Virus record (IMG/VR): IMGVR_UViG_3300035208_002115
DNA length: 64,000 bases
Direction: 5' to 3' (one strand)
Origin: a virus
Lineage: Duplodnaviria; Caudoviricetes
The first letter of the stretch is position 1. Each line of letters starts with the position of its first letter. A program made the position numbers and the translations under genes. Of the stretch, positions 21,071 to 33,708 are shown in pieces. The notes beneath the pieces were generated by a model. It was not told the DNA's origin and ran no database searches. It saw nothing but the letters and a program-made list of their open reading frames with translations.

Positions 21071-22796
21071 AGATTTGAGCGTATCCATTCACCAGATTAA
21101 CACAGTTACTGGTGATTTAAGAGGTAACACGGCTAAAATAATAAAAGCAATTCTTATTGACCAAGAAAGGGATATAACTATATCTGCATTTCCTGAGACA
21201 GCAATAACTGGGTATATGTGTGGTTCATTATGGGACACACCGAAGTTTCTTAAAGACCAAATGGATTGTTTGGAGACAATTAAGAAATCTTGTTTACCAT
21301 ATCAGATTGTTACTTTAGGGTTTATATCTTATCATGGTAAGAAAAGAAATGGTTACCCTAAATTAAAGAATTCAGTGGCAATCATTCATGCTGAAAAAAT
21401 ATTTGTTTATGATAAACAATTACTGGCTGACGCTGACCACCATGAAGATAAAAAATATTTCATTGCTGGTAATGAATCGAAAGTATTTGAAGTAACTATT
21501 GGTTCAGCTATGGGTCTTAAAATTGGTTGCCCGATTTGTGAAGACATTTGGTATAAAGACCATAGCAGAAATATAGCACAAGAAATGGTTGAACAGGGTG
21601 CTAATATTTTAATTGTACCAAATCAATCATATTTTTACTATGATAAACAAGAATATCGTTACGACTTACTTTCAAGTATTTCAAGTAATACAAACGTTCC
21701 TGTTATTTATGTAAATTCGGTTGGAGTTGGTGATATTGTAAAAAATATTTTGATTTTTGACGGTGGTTCTCTTGCATATAATAATGAAGGTAGATTGATT
21801 CGTGAAGCTGAAAGATTTAAGGAACAATCTATCAAAGTTAAACCCTTTAGTGATTCACCTATAAAACCCAAAGTAACTGAAAAATACGAAGAAATAACTG
21901 ATGCGTTATTATTCGAACAAAAAGAGTTTTTCCATTTATGTGGCCTGAATAAAGCCCAAGTTCATTTATCTGGTGGGGTGGATAGTGCATTAACCGCAGT
22001 TTTAGTCGCTAAAGCAATGGGTAAAGAAAACACTATTTTCATTACTAATCCATCTGAGTTAAATACTGAAAGTATTAAGTATGCCGAATACACAGCTAAT
22101 AAATTGGGGGTTAAATTATGGGTGAATCCAATTGTTGATATTGTTAGTAAATTAATTGATGTTGACAAAGAATCCTTCAAAGAAAGTAATTTAAAATTAG
22201 AAGGTGCTGGATTGGCTTCGGCTCATGCTGTTTTAAGAACAGTTCAGGGATTAATGGCCTCTCATCGTTTTGGTTCTGGTATCGTGTCAACTGGAAACCA
22301 CACCGAGAATATACTTTCATGGTTTAGTTTTCATGATATTGGTAGCATTGGTGTACATGCTCTAATCGGTGATTTAACTAAAATGGAAATATTTGCCATG
22401 TGTGTTTATCTTAATAAACGATTTGGTGATGTTATACCAGAAGAATTATTGAATGGTATTTTTGTTCCATCGGCTGAACTACCAGATTCAAAAGAAGACC
22501 CGTTTGATTATAAAGTTCAGTCAGGTATATGTGCCGAGGTTATTCGTTTCAGGAAGTCTAAAGAAGATTTAATGTACGAATTTGAGAATAAAATATTATC
22601 AGTCGATTTATTTCCTCATCAGGAACATGTTTATTCTTATTCAAAAGATGAATTCATGAAGCAAATAAATCTCACATTTAAATTGATGAAACGGTCACCA
22701 TACAAGACGGGTCAAGCAGCACCCCCAGTCAACATATCTCCGAGAACAAGAGGGTTTAGTACACGGGAAACCCTGATTAATAAATATGATTATTGA
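21048..22796 (+). CDS. nadE: glutamine-dependent NAD+ synthetase
   Basis: Nitrilase-type glutaminase triad (FPE, YDK, ICEDIW) plus synthetase motifs SGGVDS, STGNHTE, GDLTK and PSAEL. Confidence 0.95.
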   Translation: MFLKTKFKDLSVSIHQINTVTGDLRGNTAKIIKAILIDQERDITISAFPETAITGYMCGSLWDTPKFLKDQMDCLETIKKSCLPYQIVTLGFISYHGKKRNGYPKLKNSVAIIHAEKIFVYDKQLLADADHHEDKKYFIAGNESKVFEVTIGSAMGLKIGCPICEDIWYKDHSRNIAQEMVEQGANILIVPNQSYFYYDKQEYRYDLLSSISSNTNVPVIYVNSVGVGDIVKNILIFDGGSLAYNNEGRLIREAERFKEQSIKVKPFSDSPIKPKVTEKYEEITDALLFEQKEFFHLCGLNKAQVHLSGGVDSALTAVLVAKAMGKENTIFITNPSELNTESIKYAEYTANKLGVKLWVNPIVDIVSKLIDVDKESFKESNLKLEGAGLASAHAVLRTVQGLMASHRFGSGIVSTGNHTENILSWFSFHDIGSIGVHALIGDLTKMEIFAMCVYLNKRFGDVIPEELLNGIFVPSAELPDSKEDPFDYKVQSGICAEVIRFRKSKEDLMYEFENKILSVDLFPHQEHVYSYSKDEFMKQINLTFKLMKRSPYKTGQAAPPVNISPRTRGFSTRETLINKYDY

Positions 22797-22819
22797 TTTT
22801 CATATCCAAATAAACAAGT

Positions 22820-22855
22820 CAAAAAGTGGTTAAGAAATTGACCACTTTTTGTTTT
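22820..22855 (+). terminator. intrinsic terminator after nadE
   Basis: caaaaagtggt / accactttttg inverted repeat followed by Ts. Confidence 0.8.
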
Positions 22856-22905
22856 ATACAAATAGAACCATCTTTTAATAATATATAAAAAGAAAACATT
22901 GTATA

Positions 22906-25900
22906 ATGAAAATTGATATTGATAAGTACTTTGACGCATTAGATTATTTAACAGAAGTGAATGGGAAAGATTTTGAAGAATTGGATTTATCAGAATTATT
23001 TACCCCGTCTCCAGATAAAGAACTACTTTTAAAGATTAAAGAAAAATATACCAAACTTAATAACTTTAATAGGATATATGTATTGGTAGCATATCAACAT
23101 GAGCGTGAATATTTTAAAATTGAACTTAATAAAGAAAATAAGAAATAAGGTATGTTTAAGAAATTATCAATAATAAACACAACATTGTTTTTCTATAAAC
23201 AATATATTTATTTTGATTTTGACGAACTAAATAAAGTAGGTAAACTGGTTGTAACCCCAGCATGGTTTGTTAGAGCAATATTGTTATGGGTGATATTTGT
23301 TTTTATTTATCCACTATTTTACTATCGTTACAAGTATGATAAACAAATAACTAAATTTCATAAAATAGCTGGTACAATCAGACATGATTTGTATATGGCC
23401 TATTATAAGAATAAAGTATTCTAAAATGTTTTTAATATTATTTATAACTGTTGTTGTTATATCTCTTTTATCTCTTTTATTAGAATCTTTGTGTACAGCC
23501 AAGATTAAAGAGTATTTTATTTCTTTGATTAATGGGGGCGAGAAGAAAGAAACTGATAGAAAATATCGATTATTTTTATTTATATACCATTTTAAATTTT
23601 TATTTTTATTAGTCACTGGTGTTATGGGTTGTTTTACAACATTTTATATACATTCTATATTTTTATTTTTACTTTTAATATTCGAAAATTTAATTAGAAA
23701 AAAAATATATAATAATAAGCGAATAATATTGTTTGGTGTACTTTCAGTGACTTCTTATTCTATACTCTTAATTCTTGGGAGTATCTTATTGCACCAAATT
23801 ATATAAAAAATACATTGTATGTTATGAAACTTAAAATATATATTCAGGAAGATGATTTAGAAAGTCTAAATAAATTTCTTAAAGATAATAATACAACTAC
23901 TAAACCTAAATTTGAATACTGGACTGATTATGCCGAGTTTGAAAAATTAACATTCATCGGAAGAATGGTTGAGGTAATCATAGATTATGATGACTATTTA
24001 AAAATTCAATACATTTAAAATGAAAGGTGCATTACACAAACTCGTTTATTTAAAACTTAAAGAGAAGGTTGAAAGTGGTGAAATTCAATTTGGGTTTAAC
24101 ACTCCAATAAAAGAATTTACATTAGAGTCTTATGAAGAAAAACATGGAGATGTGATATATTGTATATGTAAATATATTGAAAACGGTGAAGTTTTTCAAA
24201 AATATTGTGAATTGGTAATTTAATACTTTTTTAAATAATATATTTAATGTATTTTTGTTCCTATGAAAAAGGAACAGATATATAATTTAATGTACTTCAC
24301 TTTCATATTCAGTACAGATGGAACTATATTAGAAAAGTGTACACCTGATTATATACTTGAAAAATATAACATCTTTGTTTCATCTCCTTCAACTATGGTG
24401 TATGAGAAATCAAAAAAGTTTAATAAATTTTTAAAATCGTATTATAATAAATGGTGTATATACAATTCAAAAAACTATAAAAAAAACTCCAAACTATATT
24501 ATACTACATGGTGTACTGAATCAGTAGAGTTTATTAATGTATTATATTTTCTTTTCGAAACCACTTATGAGACATATGTATGGGATACTACACCAAATTT
24601 TGTATTAGAAAAATTTAAAAAATATATAGGTGACCCAGAAATAATAAAAGACGGTGTAGATTTGTGTAGTACAGTTCATATTTTAATAAGAAGAAAATTC
24701 GAAGAATCTTATTTAACTGATGTTATTAACGAAAGGCAGATAAAAATATTAACTATCCTATGAAAAAATTAGCAGATGGAACACAAGTTTCAGCAAGAAC
24801 GTATTATTATTTGCTTGATTTTAATGATAGATACAACTGGGAGTTTATGTATAACACCTTTAATAAAAAAAGGCTTTGTGACTTAACAATAGAAGAATAC
24901 AGAGTTTTATTTGAACATGCGACAGAAGTGGATAAATCATCATTAATTTTATAAAACTATGAATATCAAAGAAAAAGCCAGAATATATGACGCTCAACAA
25001 TTAGTTGATAAATTTAACCAATTATATCCAATAGGGAGTAAAGTTATGGTTAAAAGAAATTCTACAAAAAACTGCCCGTTAGAAGAAGTAACCGTCAAAA
25101 GTGAAGCTTTTCTATCTTATAGTAATGCACCAGTATGTTTTTTTAATGAAATATCTGGATATTTTTCGATTGATAAAAAATTTATTAAATATCCAAAAGA
25201 ATAATTATGGAAACAGAAGAAAAAGATTATAGTAGAATGACCATAATAGCTGGGTACTGTGGTCTTGTACCATATATTGACCGTTACGGGAAAATTAAGG
25301 ATGGTGTGTATACTATGGTTGGATATCACGCACCAGTTGATTTATCTGCCTGTGCCGAGGATGAAAAGTCTATTTTTAAAACAGCATTGAAACAATTATC
25401 CGAACAAATAGATGAATCGTATCATAATGCTATTGAGAGAGATTTGTTAGACTGATGGATATAAATCAATTTAAAAATATTATACAGTTCTACTGGTTGA
25501 ATACTAATTATTTGGGGTATATATTTGAAAATCCAACGTATACACTTGAAATATATTTTCATTATATTGGTGGAATACCATCTGTACACAAAACCTTAAA
25601 TGAAAGATATCAAGAGGGATTTGATAGGTATGTATCCAGATATGAATTAACAAACATAGTAGAAAAGGAGATAATAGAATGTATAATTAATTTTACAGTT
25701 GACGTTAATTGTTCATATCTTAAACCAATATTAAAGACTTTTAGACCAGCATTTGAAGAAAATATTGGTGATATCAGTATTGTGAAAAACACTGAACTTT
25801 GTTATTCTGATGCTGTACTTGATTTTATCAATGATAATGAACGTTTATTTAAATTATTAACTTTAATGTAATTTGATTTTATTTTTCAGATATTTTTTAT

Positions 25901-26339
25901 TAATATTGTAGAAATATTATAAACGGTAATTATTAATTACAATATGACAACAAATCAATTAGCCAATTTATTAGAGTTTTATCTTTTCCTAAAAGATAAT
26001 ATAAGAGATGGTGGAGCAAAAAAAAATTTATCGGCTTATTTCCGTTATATTGGATTAGCTCCTGATGCGAATAAAGCATTAGTGTCAGATTCTGATACCT
26101 TGAAATATGTTAAAATGTGTAAGATGGGTACAATTGAAACTGACGTTTACTGCTCAATATTATCTTTTTATAAAGATGTTAAAATTGTTGATATAACCGA
26201 AATTGTTGGTTCATTTGTAAAAAATATCGGTAATTTAGAAATGATAAAAAATAACAAATTTGATATGTCGGTTAAAGCCCAAGAATTAATCGATAAAAAC
26301 CCAAAAATGATTGAACTATTCACTAACCTAAACAATTAA
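22906..26339 (+). other. cluster of small hypothetical CDS; 24263, 25455 and 25944 look paralogous
   Basis: Tightly packed ORFs with shared F..YIG / F..NIG motifs. 24263 ends RQIKILTIL and 25455 ends RLFKLLTLM. TAnnTTTG at 24250. Confidence 0.55.
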
Positions 26340-26341
26340 TT

Positions 26342-26986
26342 ATGGAAGAATATATTCTTTATAAAGAATCCACTGCGTCTTTGGATGTAGATTCACAAAA
26401 AGGGTTCACCCCGCTTTGTCCAAATGAATTACCAGTTCCAGAAGGTGATGAAATTGTTGATGAACAAAACACACAAGCTAAAAAAGCTAAATATCGTCTT
26501 GGTTCAAAAGATGCCCACCATAGAAAAGCTATTTGGGTGGCAACTGCAAACGAACCCCAATTAACCCCTATTGTTGGTACAAATGTTGACGTTCGATGGA
26601 ACTCTCATTGTAATATCGGTGAATATGGATTCGAATTACTTGATGGTCTTCCACCTGTAAGTGAATACGATTTCTTTGTTTACAAAGGAATTGAACTCGA
26701 TATGCACCCGTATTCTGCTTGTTATCATGACTTAGCAAAAACAAAATCGACTGGACTTATTGAATGGTTACTACAACATGATATATCAGACGTTATTGTC
26801 GGTGGACTTGCAACTAATTATTGTGTTTTCGAAACAGTAGTCGATTTGGTAAATGCTGGATTCCAAGTAATATTGAATCTTGGTGCATGTCGTGGTCTCG
26901 GTGATATCAATCCATCAATTGAAAAAATGAAAGCTATGGGTGTAATCATCGTCAACAATGCTTCCGAAATTGTTGTACATGACTAA
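26342..26986 (+). CDS. pncA: nicotinamidase / pyrazinamidase
   Basis: DVDSQKGF..ELPVPEG, KDAH, WNSHC, KG..YSA and GGLATNYCV (catalytic D, K, C plus metal ligands). Confidence 0.93.
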   Translation: MEEYILYKESTASLDVDSQKGFTPLCPNELPVPEGDEIVDEQNTQAKKAKYRLGSKDAHHRKAIWVATANEPQLTPIVGTNVDVRWNSHCNIGEYGFELLDGLPPVSEYDFFVYKGIELDMHPYSACYHDLAKTKSTGLIEWLLQHDISDVIVGGLATNYCVFETVVDLVNAGFQVILNLGACRGLGDINPSIEKMKAMGVIIVNNASEIVVHD

Positions 26987-27034
26987 TTAATGATAAATAT
27001 TAGTTTTTGAAGTTTTATAGTATTACAGATTTTG

Positions 27035-27063
27035 AAATGGCATTGAAAATAATGCCATTTTTT
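27035..27063 (+). terminator. intrinsic terminator after pncA
   Basis: aaatggcatt-gaaaat-aatgccattt followed by a T tract. Confidence 0.8.
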
Positions 27064-27125
27064 ATTGATTTTTTTTATATTTTTATTCTTCATATATTTG
27101 TTGTGAAAACCAGAAAATACAACAT

Positions 27126-28226
27126 ATGAAAGCAAAGACAATAAAAAAAATAAGGCTTAAAATGAAACCATATTTGGTTCAAAGGAGTTATGCTATATGT
27201 GGTAATTTTTATTCTATCAAAAGTATGGAAGACGTTGTTTTAGCACGGAATGAAAAAGAAGCAGTTAAACGTTATTGTAAAAGGACACATGCAACTGCTG
27301 ATTTAAACGCTTTCGATAAAGAGCCTTATACTATTTGTAAAATGTTTGGTGTATGGATGGTAGTTCCTTTTGATAGACCGTTCGAACGTTTTGTAACATA
27401 CTGGAAATAAAAAATTATGGTACATAAAATTAAAATACAACTTGCTAATAAAGATTTAAACGGTTGGGAATATTTTTATTTAAATGTCACCCAAGATGAT
27501 ATTAGTGAAGATACAGTTAATGTGTTTTATCATATCACTATACCGAAACACATTTTTGATGCCGTTAAAGATACTCAGGATAAATATATTACTGATTTGA
27601 GCGATAAAAAAGATGTTGTTGGTTTTAGTACCCGCAAACCTTTTATAAATAAAATAAAATCCATTTCCCTGAATGATTTAAGGGAGAAACTTTCTACATT
27701 ATCATCCGATGCACTGGCAACAAAAGAATTAAAAGAATCAATCGGAGATAAAATGATTTGTATTAAATTCAGTCATTCTTATAAGAAAGAGGCCGAGGGG
27801 ATACATGGTGGATATATGGGGAAAAGTAATTCATCGTATTTCCAATGGTTTGTCGCTTTTAAAAAAGAAATTAAGAAACATTTGCATATGTTTGGGGAAT
27901 CAAATCCAGAACCATTTGTAACGGTTTATATGACTAATAGAGCTTATAAAAGAGGTTCTATGGCAAAATGGGATACTTCTGATTTACCAGATAATGAAGC
28001 TTTTGATTGGCATCCCCTTCACGACCAAGGTAGAGTTAAGGAATTTGAATCCAAATGGCAAATTATAAAATGGTCAGAAGAACGAGAAGTGTTTTTTAAA
28101 AGCATTGAAGAAAAGTTCAACCAAATAAATACCGAATTGGATGGTTTTCTTGGAAATATCACTGAAGAAAATGTAGAGGCTTTAATGAGTAAAAGTATAT
28201 TATCTTTAAAAGAAAAGAATTCTTAG
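27126..28226 (+). other. two hypothetical CDS (27126-27410, 27417-28226)
   Basis: TATATTTG promoter element at 27093 and intact ORFs. Confidence 0.6.
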
Positions 28227-28435
28227 ACTTTTTCAAACCAATCATCCAAACTTCCATTATTATAATCTTTTATAAAAGATTCAACTGTTACGCCTGATTT
28301 CTTCGCCCACGTTTCGATTGTTGAATTATCACCAATTTTTAAATTGGTGTATGGAGATTTCCATTCTTTTTTCAATTTTAATCGGGTATCAGAATTAATA
28401 TTTGATTGTGAGTGTTGTTCAAAAGTTTTTATCAT
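28223..28435 (-). CDS. small protein with N-terminal leader (MIKTFEQH)
   Basis: Leader motif, last gene of a minus-strand three-gene island. Confidence 0.65.
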   Translation of the reverse strand: MIKTFEQHSQSNINSDTRLKLKKEWKSPYTNLKIGDNSTIETWAKKSGVTVESFIKDYNNGSLDDWFEKV

Positions 28436-28436
28436 A

Positions 28437-28760
28437 TTAATTTATTTTCATTGTAATTTCTAACACTATTTGTTGGCGTTGACCGTTATAATAATCGTGT
28501 TTACCTGTTTTTAAAATGGGTTTCAAATTTTCGTGAACCTTCATAAAATCATAAATATAAAAAATATAATCGGATGTTATTTCATTCCAATAAAATTCAT
28601 ATGTGATTTCTGGGTCATCAAATTCTCCGAAATATTGCCAATCAAAGAAACCATTTATTTTATTAGCTTTAAGTTCTCTTTTTAATTTATTACCAATATT
28701 CATTATTTCATTGGTTTTATCATTAGAATTGATATTTTCGAACCTTTTTAAATGTTTCAT
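28437..28760 (-). CDS. small protein with N-terminal leader (MKHLKRFEN)
   Basis: Leader motif. Confidence 0.7.
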   Translation of the reverse strand: MKHLKRFENINSNDKTNEIMNIGNKLKRELKANKINGFFDWQYFGEFDDPEITYEFYWNEITSDYIFYIYDFMKVHENLKPILKTGKHDYYNGQRQQIVLEITMKIN

Positions 28761-29131
28761 TATTTTCCAAAATATTTTCTGTTTAACATATACTTATCAA
28801 AGCTAAAATTATCCATTGTATATTCTTTGTCTATTTTACCATTGTGTATAGAACCAATTTGTTGTTTAAAACCTCTATTATCTTGAAAATAAATATCCAT
28901 ATCATATCCATCGGACATATTTCTTGCCCAAACTAAATTGGTGGTGGATAAAATAACATTTTTCCATTTTCTTTCACCTTCTTTTATAGCCAATGTTTTT
29001 TTCTCAATAGCTTTTAATATAACATCTTTTAAATAATCGGTAGCCAGTTCAATACCATCGGATGATAATTCTTCAGGGTCGTATTTTAATTTAACTGATT
29101 CATTGTATTTTTCAAAATTTAAAATTTTCAT
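28760..29131 (-). CDS. small protein with N-terminal leader (MKILNFEKYNES)
   Basis: Leader motif. TTAATATATAC motif at 29154-29164 upstream. Confidence 0.7.
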   Translation of the reverse strand: MKILNFEKYNESVKLKYDPEELSSDGIELATDYLKDVILKAIEKKTLAIKEGERKWKNVILSTTNLVWARNMSDGYDMDIYFQDNRGFKQQIGSIHNGKIDKEYTMDNFSFDKYMLNRKYFGK

Positions 29132-29203
29132 ATTTTGAATGTTTATTTTTTATGTATATATTAATTTTTATTTATATATTTGGAGTCCAATAAATATATT
29201 TTT

Positions 29204-32200
29204 ATGAAAATAAATGATAATTTAGCCTATGCTATTATAGCTGTCGCTGTTTGTACATTATTCGCTGTAATGCTTATAACTAATTCTAAAGAAACTGCGA
29301 ATAATTTTGATAAAATTTCAGTAAAATGTGTTGTTAGCGATATTAAAAAAAATAGTGGCAGATATTATCATTATTATAAAATAATAGGTGTATCTTCAAC
29401 CGATTCTGTTGTAATAAATAATGTGGTTGGAACTAAATCTTATGTCACGTTATCAGAAGAAACATATGAGGTCAATGATACCATTAATCAGATAATTGAA
29501 ATCCCAAAAATAAAATAAATGGACAAGATGAATCTTACCATAGGGAATTCTTATATTATTGACGAGGGCTTCAGTAATTCTGGTGAAGTTGTATTAATTC
29601 AGATATATGGTAAATTCTTTTGTAGAGTTAAAGACCCAGATACTGGTGGAGAATGGGATACTATGATAAATCGTTTATCTGAACTAAAATAAAATAAATT
29701 AAAATGAAACGTGAAGATATTAAAGAAAATCAATTGGTATTACACAATGAAAAGGGGGTAAATGGCATTGCATTAATAATAAATGTCAGAAAAGCGAATA
29801 GGGGTGATGATAAGGAACTTATGTTCGATTTAAAATATTTGATTAGTAGTAAGGAAAATCATGAAAATATTTGTGAACATAGTGGAATGACCAGTACTTT
29901 TCTTGAAGTTATCTCAAAAGAAGATGCTATAAATATGGCATTATCAAAAGAATATGACCTTGATATTAGAATAGGGAAACTAAACAAAAAGAAATTAAAT
30001 GTGATTAAAGGAAAATCTGTTTTAAATACACTATAAAATGTTTACATCAATAAAACATCCTGTAATATTGTTGCCGTGTAACGCTTCACCACTTGGGTAT
30101 AATGATGAAAATAAGTTAGATTTATCAACTAATTATGGTTTTGATGCTTTTAACACAAAAAATAATTTTCGCCACAAACCAATCCAAATATTAATTGTAA
30201 CGAAAACAGACGATGTATTTCCTGATGATTACGTTTTAAACTTTAATAGTATAGAAAAGGTTCAGGGTGTTGATGATGATGATTATTATGTTAATAATAA
30301 ATCGGTTAAATATTCGAAGAATGATATTCAAAAGATATTAGCCATATACCCTAAATATGAGGATTTACCATCTATATCAATTTCTTTTATTAAAAGATGG
30401 ATTAAAAATACTTCGACAGAAATTTATGTTAATTATTCCCAATTATATCATCCCATAAATATGAATAATATTAGAGAAATAAAATGGGGTGTGATATTTG
30501 ACCAGAAAAATGAGATTAGTTGTCGGTTGTTAGATGATGATGAGTATAACCCAATGGTTATTAATATTCGTCCAATCGATGAATTAGTTAGAGATTATTG
30601 TTTCAATATACACGAATTTACAGGTACAACTAATTATGATATAGAAGATATGATATCTGCATGTTTAGATTTTGCTATGTCTGATGATGTGAAAGAATAT
30701 TGGTTCAGAGAATTTAATAAAAGAAAGCAATGTTAAAGAGAGAAGACTTACCGTTGGGTTGTAATTGTCCTGTTTGTTTTGATTTGTCAAGATTACAAAA
30801 TTTAACACCAAATAGTGTTGTTGTTTCGGCTATGCAAGATATAAATGATAGTATAGAATTATATGATAGTTACATAGCACCGTATAAATGTCCTAAAGGA
30901 CACATATTTTACATATCATACCAGAAATCATGAAAGAACTTACAAGAATAATAGATATGTTCAAAAAGAGTGTCTATAAAGATGTTGTGGATAATTCAGT
31001 GACAGAATATATAGACTACAAAATAAAAAGAAGTCGGATTTGGAAATATGTGTACCTGATATTATTGTTAATTTCATTTGTAGTAATAGTTATAGATTAT
31101 AAAACATCGCTTGATATTCCATTTTGGAGTGTGCTATTAAGTGTATTAAGTTTTTTAGTTGGAATTACACTATCCATAGTTTTTACTATGAAAGAAATAT
31201 TCTATATCATTATGAAGAAGGATTATAAGAAATATTTGATGAATAAAAATGAACCAATTAAATCAGAATTTTTATGAGAGACTTCAGAAGATTTTATGGT
31301 ACTTCAATATTTCCAAATACTAAAAAGAAAAGTAAACTACAATGGTTCTGGGAAGATTTCATGAAATGGTATAATTGCAGACGAAAAAAACATGATTTTA
31401 TCAGATGTTATATTGATAATATAGAATATAGATATTGTGCTAACTGCCCTCACACAGAAAGAAGTGTAATTGGAGCTTGGATTCGTGTTGAAAGACCACA
31501 TGTTGAGAATTTGGAAGACTTAAAAATATTATAAACTCAAAACTAAATGTTATGAAAAAGACGAATCGAGAAATTTTTACACTTAGAATTAAATTATTTA
31601 GAATAATAGGTATTACATTTTTATGTATTTCATTTCTACTTGCAGTATTTTTTATATTTCTAAAAGAAACAAATGTTATACCTTGGTATATTAACCAAGA
31701 TACCGTATTTGTTATAATACTTTCAATTTTTGGTATTGCTTATATTACTACACTATTTCTAAGAAAGAACCAAAATTTATTAAACTTGGAAGATTATAAC
31801 GATGAAAAAAAAGTTGTTAAAACTATTTTGAAACAACTAAAAAATAGGCATTATCCAGATGCTATTAAAACTTATAATGAAAGTATAAAATTCAATAAGA
31901 ACAGAAAATTTTTAACACCTTTTATACTGAGTGAACTTCTTAATTCTCGAAATATTGTTTATATTGGATATGCTGAAGAAATTATTTCTCAGTATTTTGA
32001 ATCATCTGGTGAATTTTATTTGAAATCTATAAATCTGTAAACAATAAAATAATATCCAAAACCTTGGAATATTGGACAGACAAATTAATAAATAATATAA
32101 TTAATATTTTAATAAAAAGACGTGAAAAAGTCTTTGGATATATTATTATATCTAAAAAAAATATTTTAGAAACATTAGAATGGACTATGTTCTTTTTGTA

Positions 32201-32602
32201 TTGGATATCGTTTATATTTATAAATTATTTTTTCATCGATGGTCAATACATAAAAACGTTTATAACTATTGGGTGTACAGTTATTTTTGCTTGTTTATAT
32301 TTTTTATTTCAAAGACTTAATAAGTAGTGTTCAGATTATTAGATAATATGATAGCCGATTTTAGTCAAAAACGTGAATCTTTTTTTGAATTCCTCTGTGG
32401 AGTATATTCTTTTATTAAAGAACATTTTTTTATTCTTCTACAAACATTTTTAACTTTATTTTTATTATTCATTCTTTCAGCTTTAGTGTATGTTCATATA
32501 CACGGAATAGAAGAATATCATAAACTAATAACATTTACATTAATTATTTCTATTATAATATGGTTGATTGTTGTTATTGTTAATTTTATGAAAGAACTTT
32601 AG
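29204..32602 (+). other. cluster of small hypothetical and membrane CDS
   Basis: Packed ORFs, several with 1-2 TM segments (29204, 30930, 31552, 32064, 32327). TATATTTG at 29175. Confidence 0.55.
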
Positions 32603-32643
32603 TATTATAAATAAAAATCATTAAACTATCTTTAATTAAATTA

Positions 32644-32671
32644 AAACAAATCTATTTTTATCATATATAAT
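32644..32671 (+). promoter_or_regulatory. putative promoter class AAACAAA-N15-TATAA(T/A)
   Basis: Same spacing at 35968, 46567, 58163 and 58475, each just upstream of a gene start. Confidence 0.55.
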
Positions 32672-32692
32672 ATCTAAAATTATGGTATTAGT

Positions 32693-33121
32693 ATGAAATT
32701 TAGAGGTAAACCACTCCATTATAATGAATTTGTTTATGGGTTCTATGATAAAAAAATCATTAAAGAAAATATATTAAAATTAGAGTATCATACTATATCT
32801 GTACCAGATGAACAAGTAGTTTACGAAATATCTCCTAATATTGTTGATGAATTCACTGGGTTGTATTATGTTGATGGTAAAGAATCTTATGAAAATGATA
32901 TTTTCAAAGATGACAGAGGGCGTTTATATAGAATTTATAAAGTTAAAGGTGGGTTTTCAATAAGTTTACCTCAATTTCCATCAACCTTCACAGGTGAACA
33001 ACCATTTCCTTTGCAACCATTAGCTGATGAGCAAACCGTGTCATGGTTTGAAAGTCAGGCTGTTTATGTTGGAAATATACATGATAATAAAGATTTACTA
33101 AAAAAAATATTTAAACAATGA
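32693..33121 (+). CDS. YopX-family phage protein
   Basis: MKFRG...EFTGL...GKESYENDI...VGNIHDNKDLL signature. Confidence 0.85.
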   Translation: MKFRGKPLHYNEFVYGFYDKKIIKENILKLEYHTISVPDEQVVYEISPNIVDEFTGLYYVDGKESYENDIFKDDRGRLYRIYKVKGGFSISLPQFPSTFTGEQPFPLQPLADEQTVSWFESQAVYVGNIHDNKDLLKKIFKQ

Positions 33122-33708
33122 TGGAAGAACTCGCATTAAGAATGTATTTTTTTGTTCCTTATAATATAAGTCCCATCCAGCAAGCTATACAATCTGGACA
33201 TGCAGCTTTAGAATATGCTCGCCTATATGGTAATACAAAATTATTTAAAGATTTTGTGGAAAAACATAAAACATGGATTATTTTAAACGGTGGTACAACC
33301 AATAATGATATCGATGTAAGACGTGGTTCTTTACAGTTGACGTGGGATTCTATTCGCACGTTTAATAATGAAGAAGGTTATGTTCGAAACAATCCATCTG
33401 GTATGATAAAGGCGAGTTATTTTAGTGAACCAGATTTAAATGATGCTATGACAGCGTTTTGTTTTATTTGCGATGAAAGGGTTTGGAATTATAAAGATTA
33501 CCCAGAATTCGTAGATTATATGATTAATGTAATTGAATGTGATACTAAACATTATCTTGCTAATTATGATTTTATTTCAATTAAAACAAAAAGTAAAGAA
33601 GAATTACAACAGATGTACCCAGAACAGTATAACATCTGGCTAAAAAACATAGGTGGTGAATCTAATTTATTTCTTAGAGAATTATTAAAAGGAAAAAAAT
33701 TAGCCTAA
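33118..33708 (+). CDS. Pth2-like (peptidyl-tRNA hydrolase II fold) phage protein
   Basis: MYFFV..NIS..QQAIQSGHAA, TWIIL and FSEPDLNDAMTA match the Pth2-like pattern. Confidence 0.55.
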   Translation: MMEELALRMYFFVPYNISPIQQAIQSGHAALEYARLYGNTKLFKDFVEKHKTWIILNGGTTNNDIDVRRGSLQLTWDSIRTFNNEEGYVRNNPSGMIKASYFSEPDLNDAMTAFCFICDERVWNYKDYPEFVDYMINVIECDTKHYLANYDFISIKTKSKEELQQMYPEQYNIWLKNIGGESNLFLRELLKGKKLA

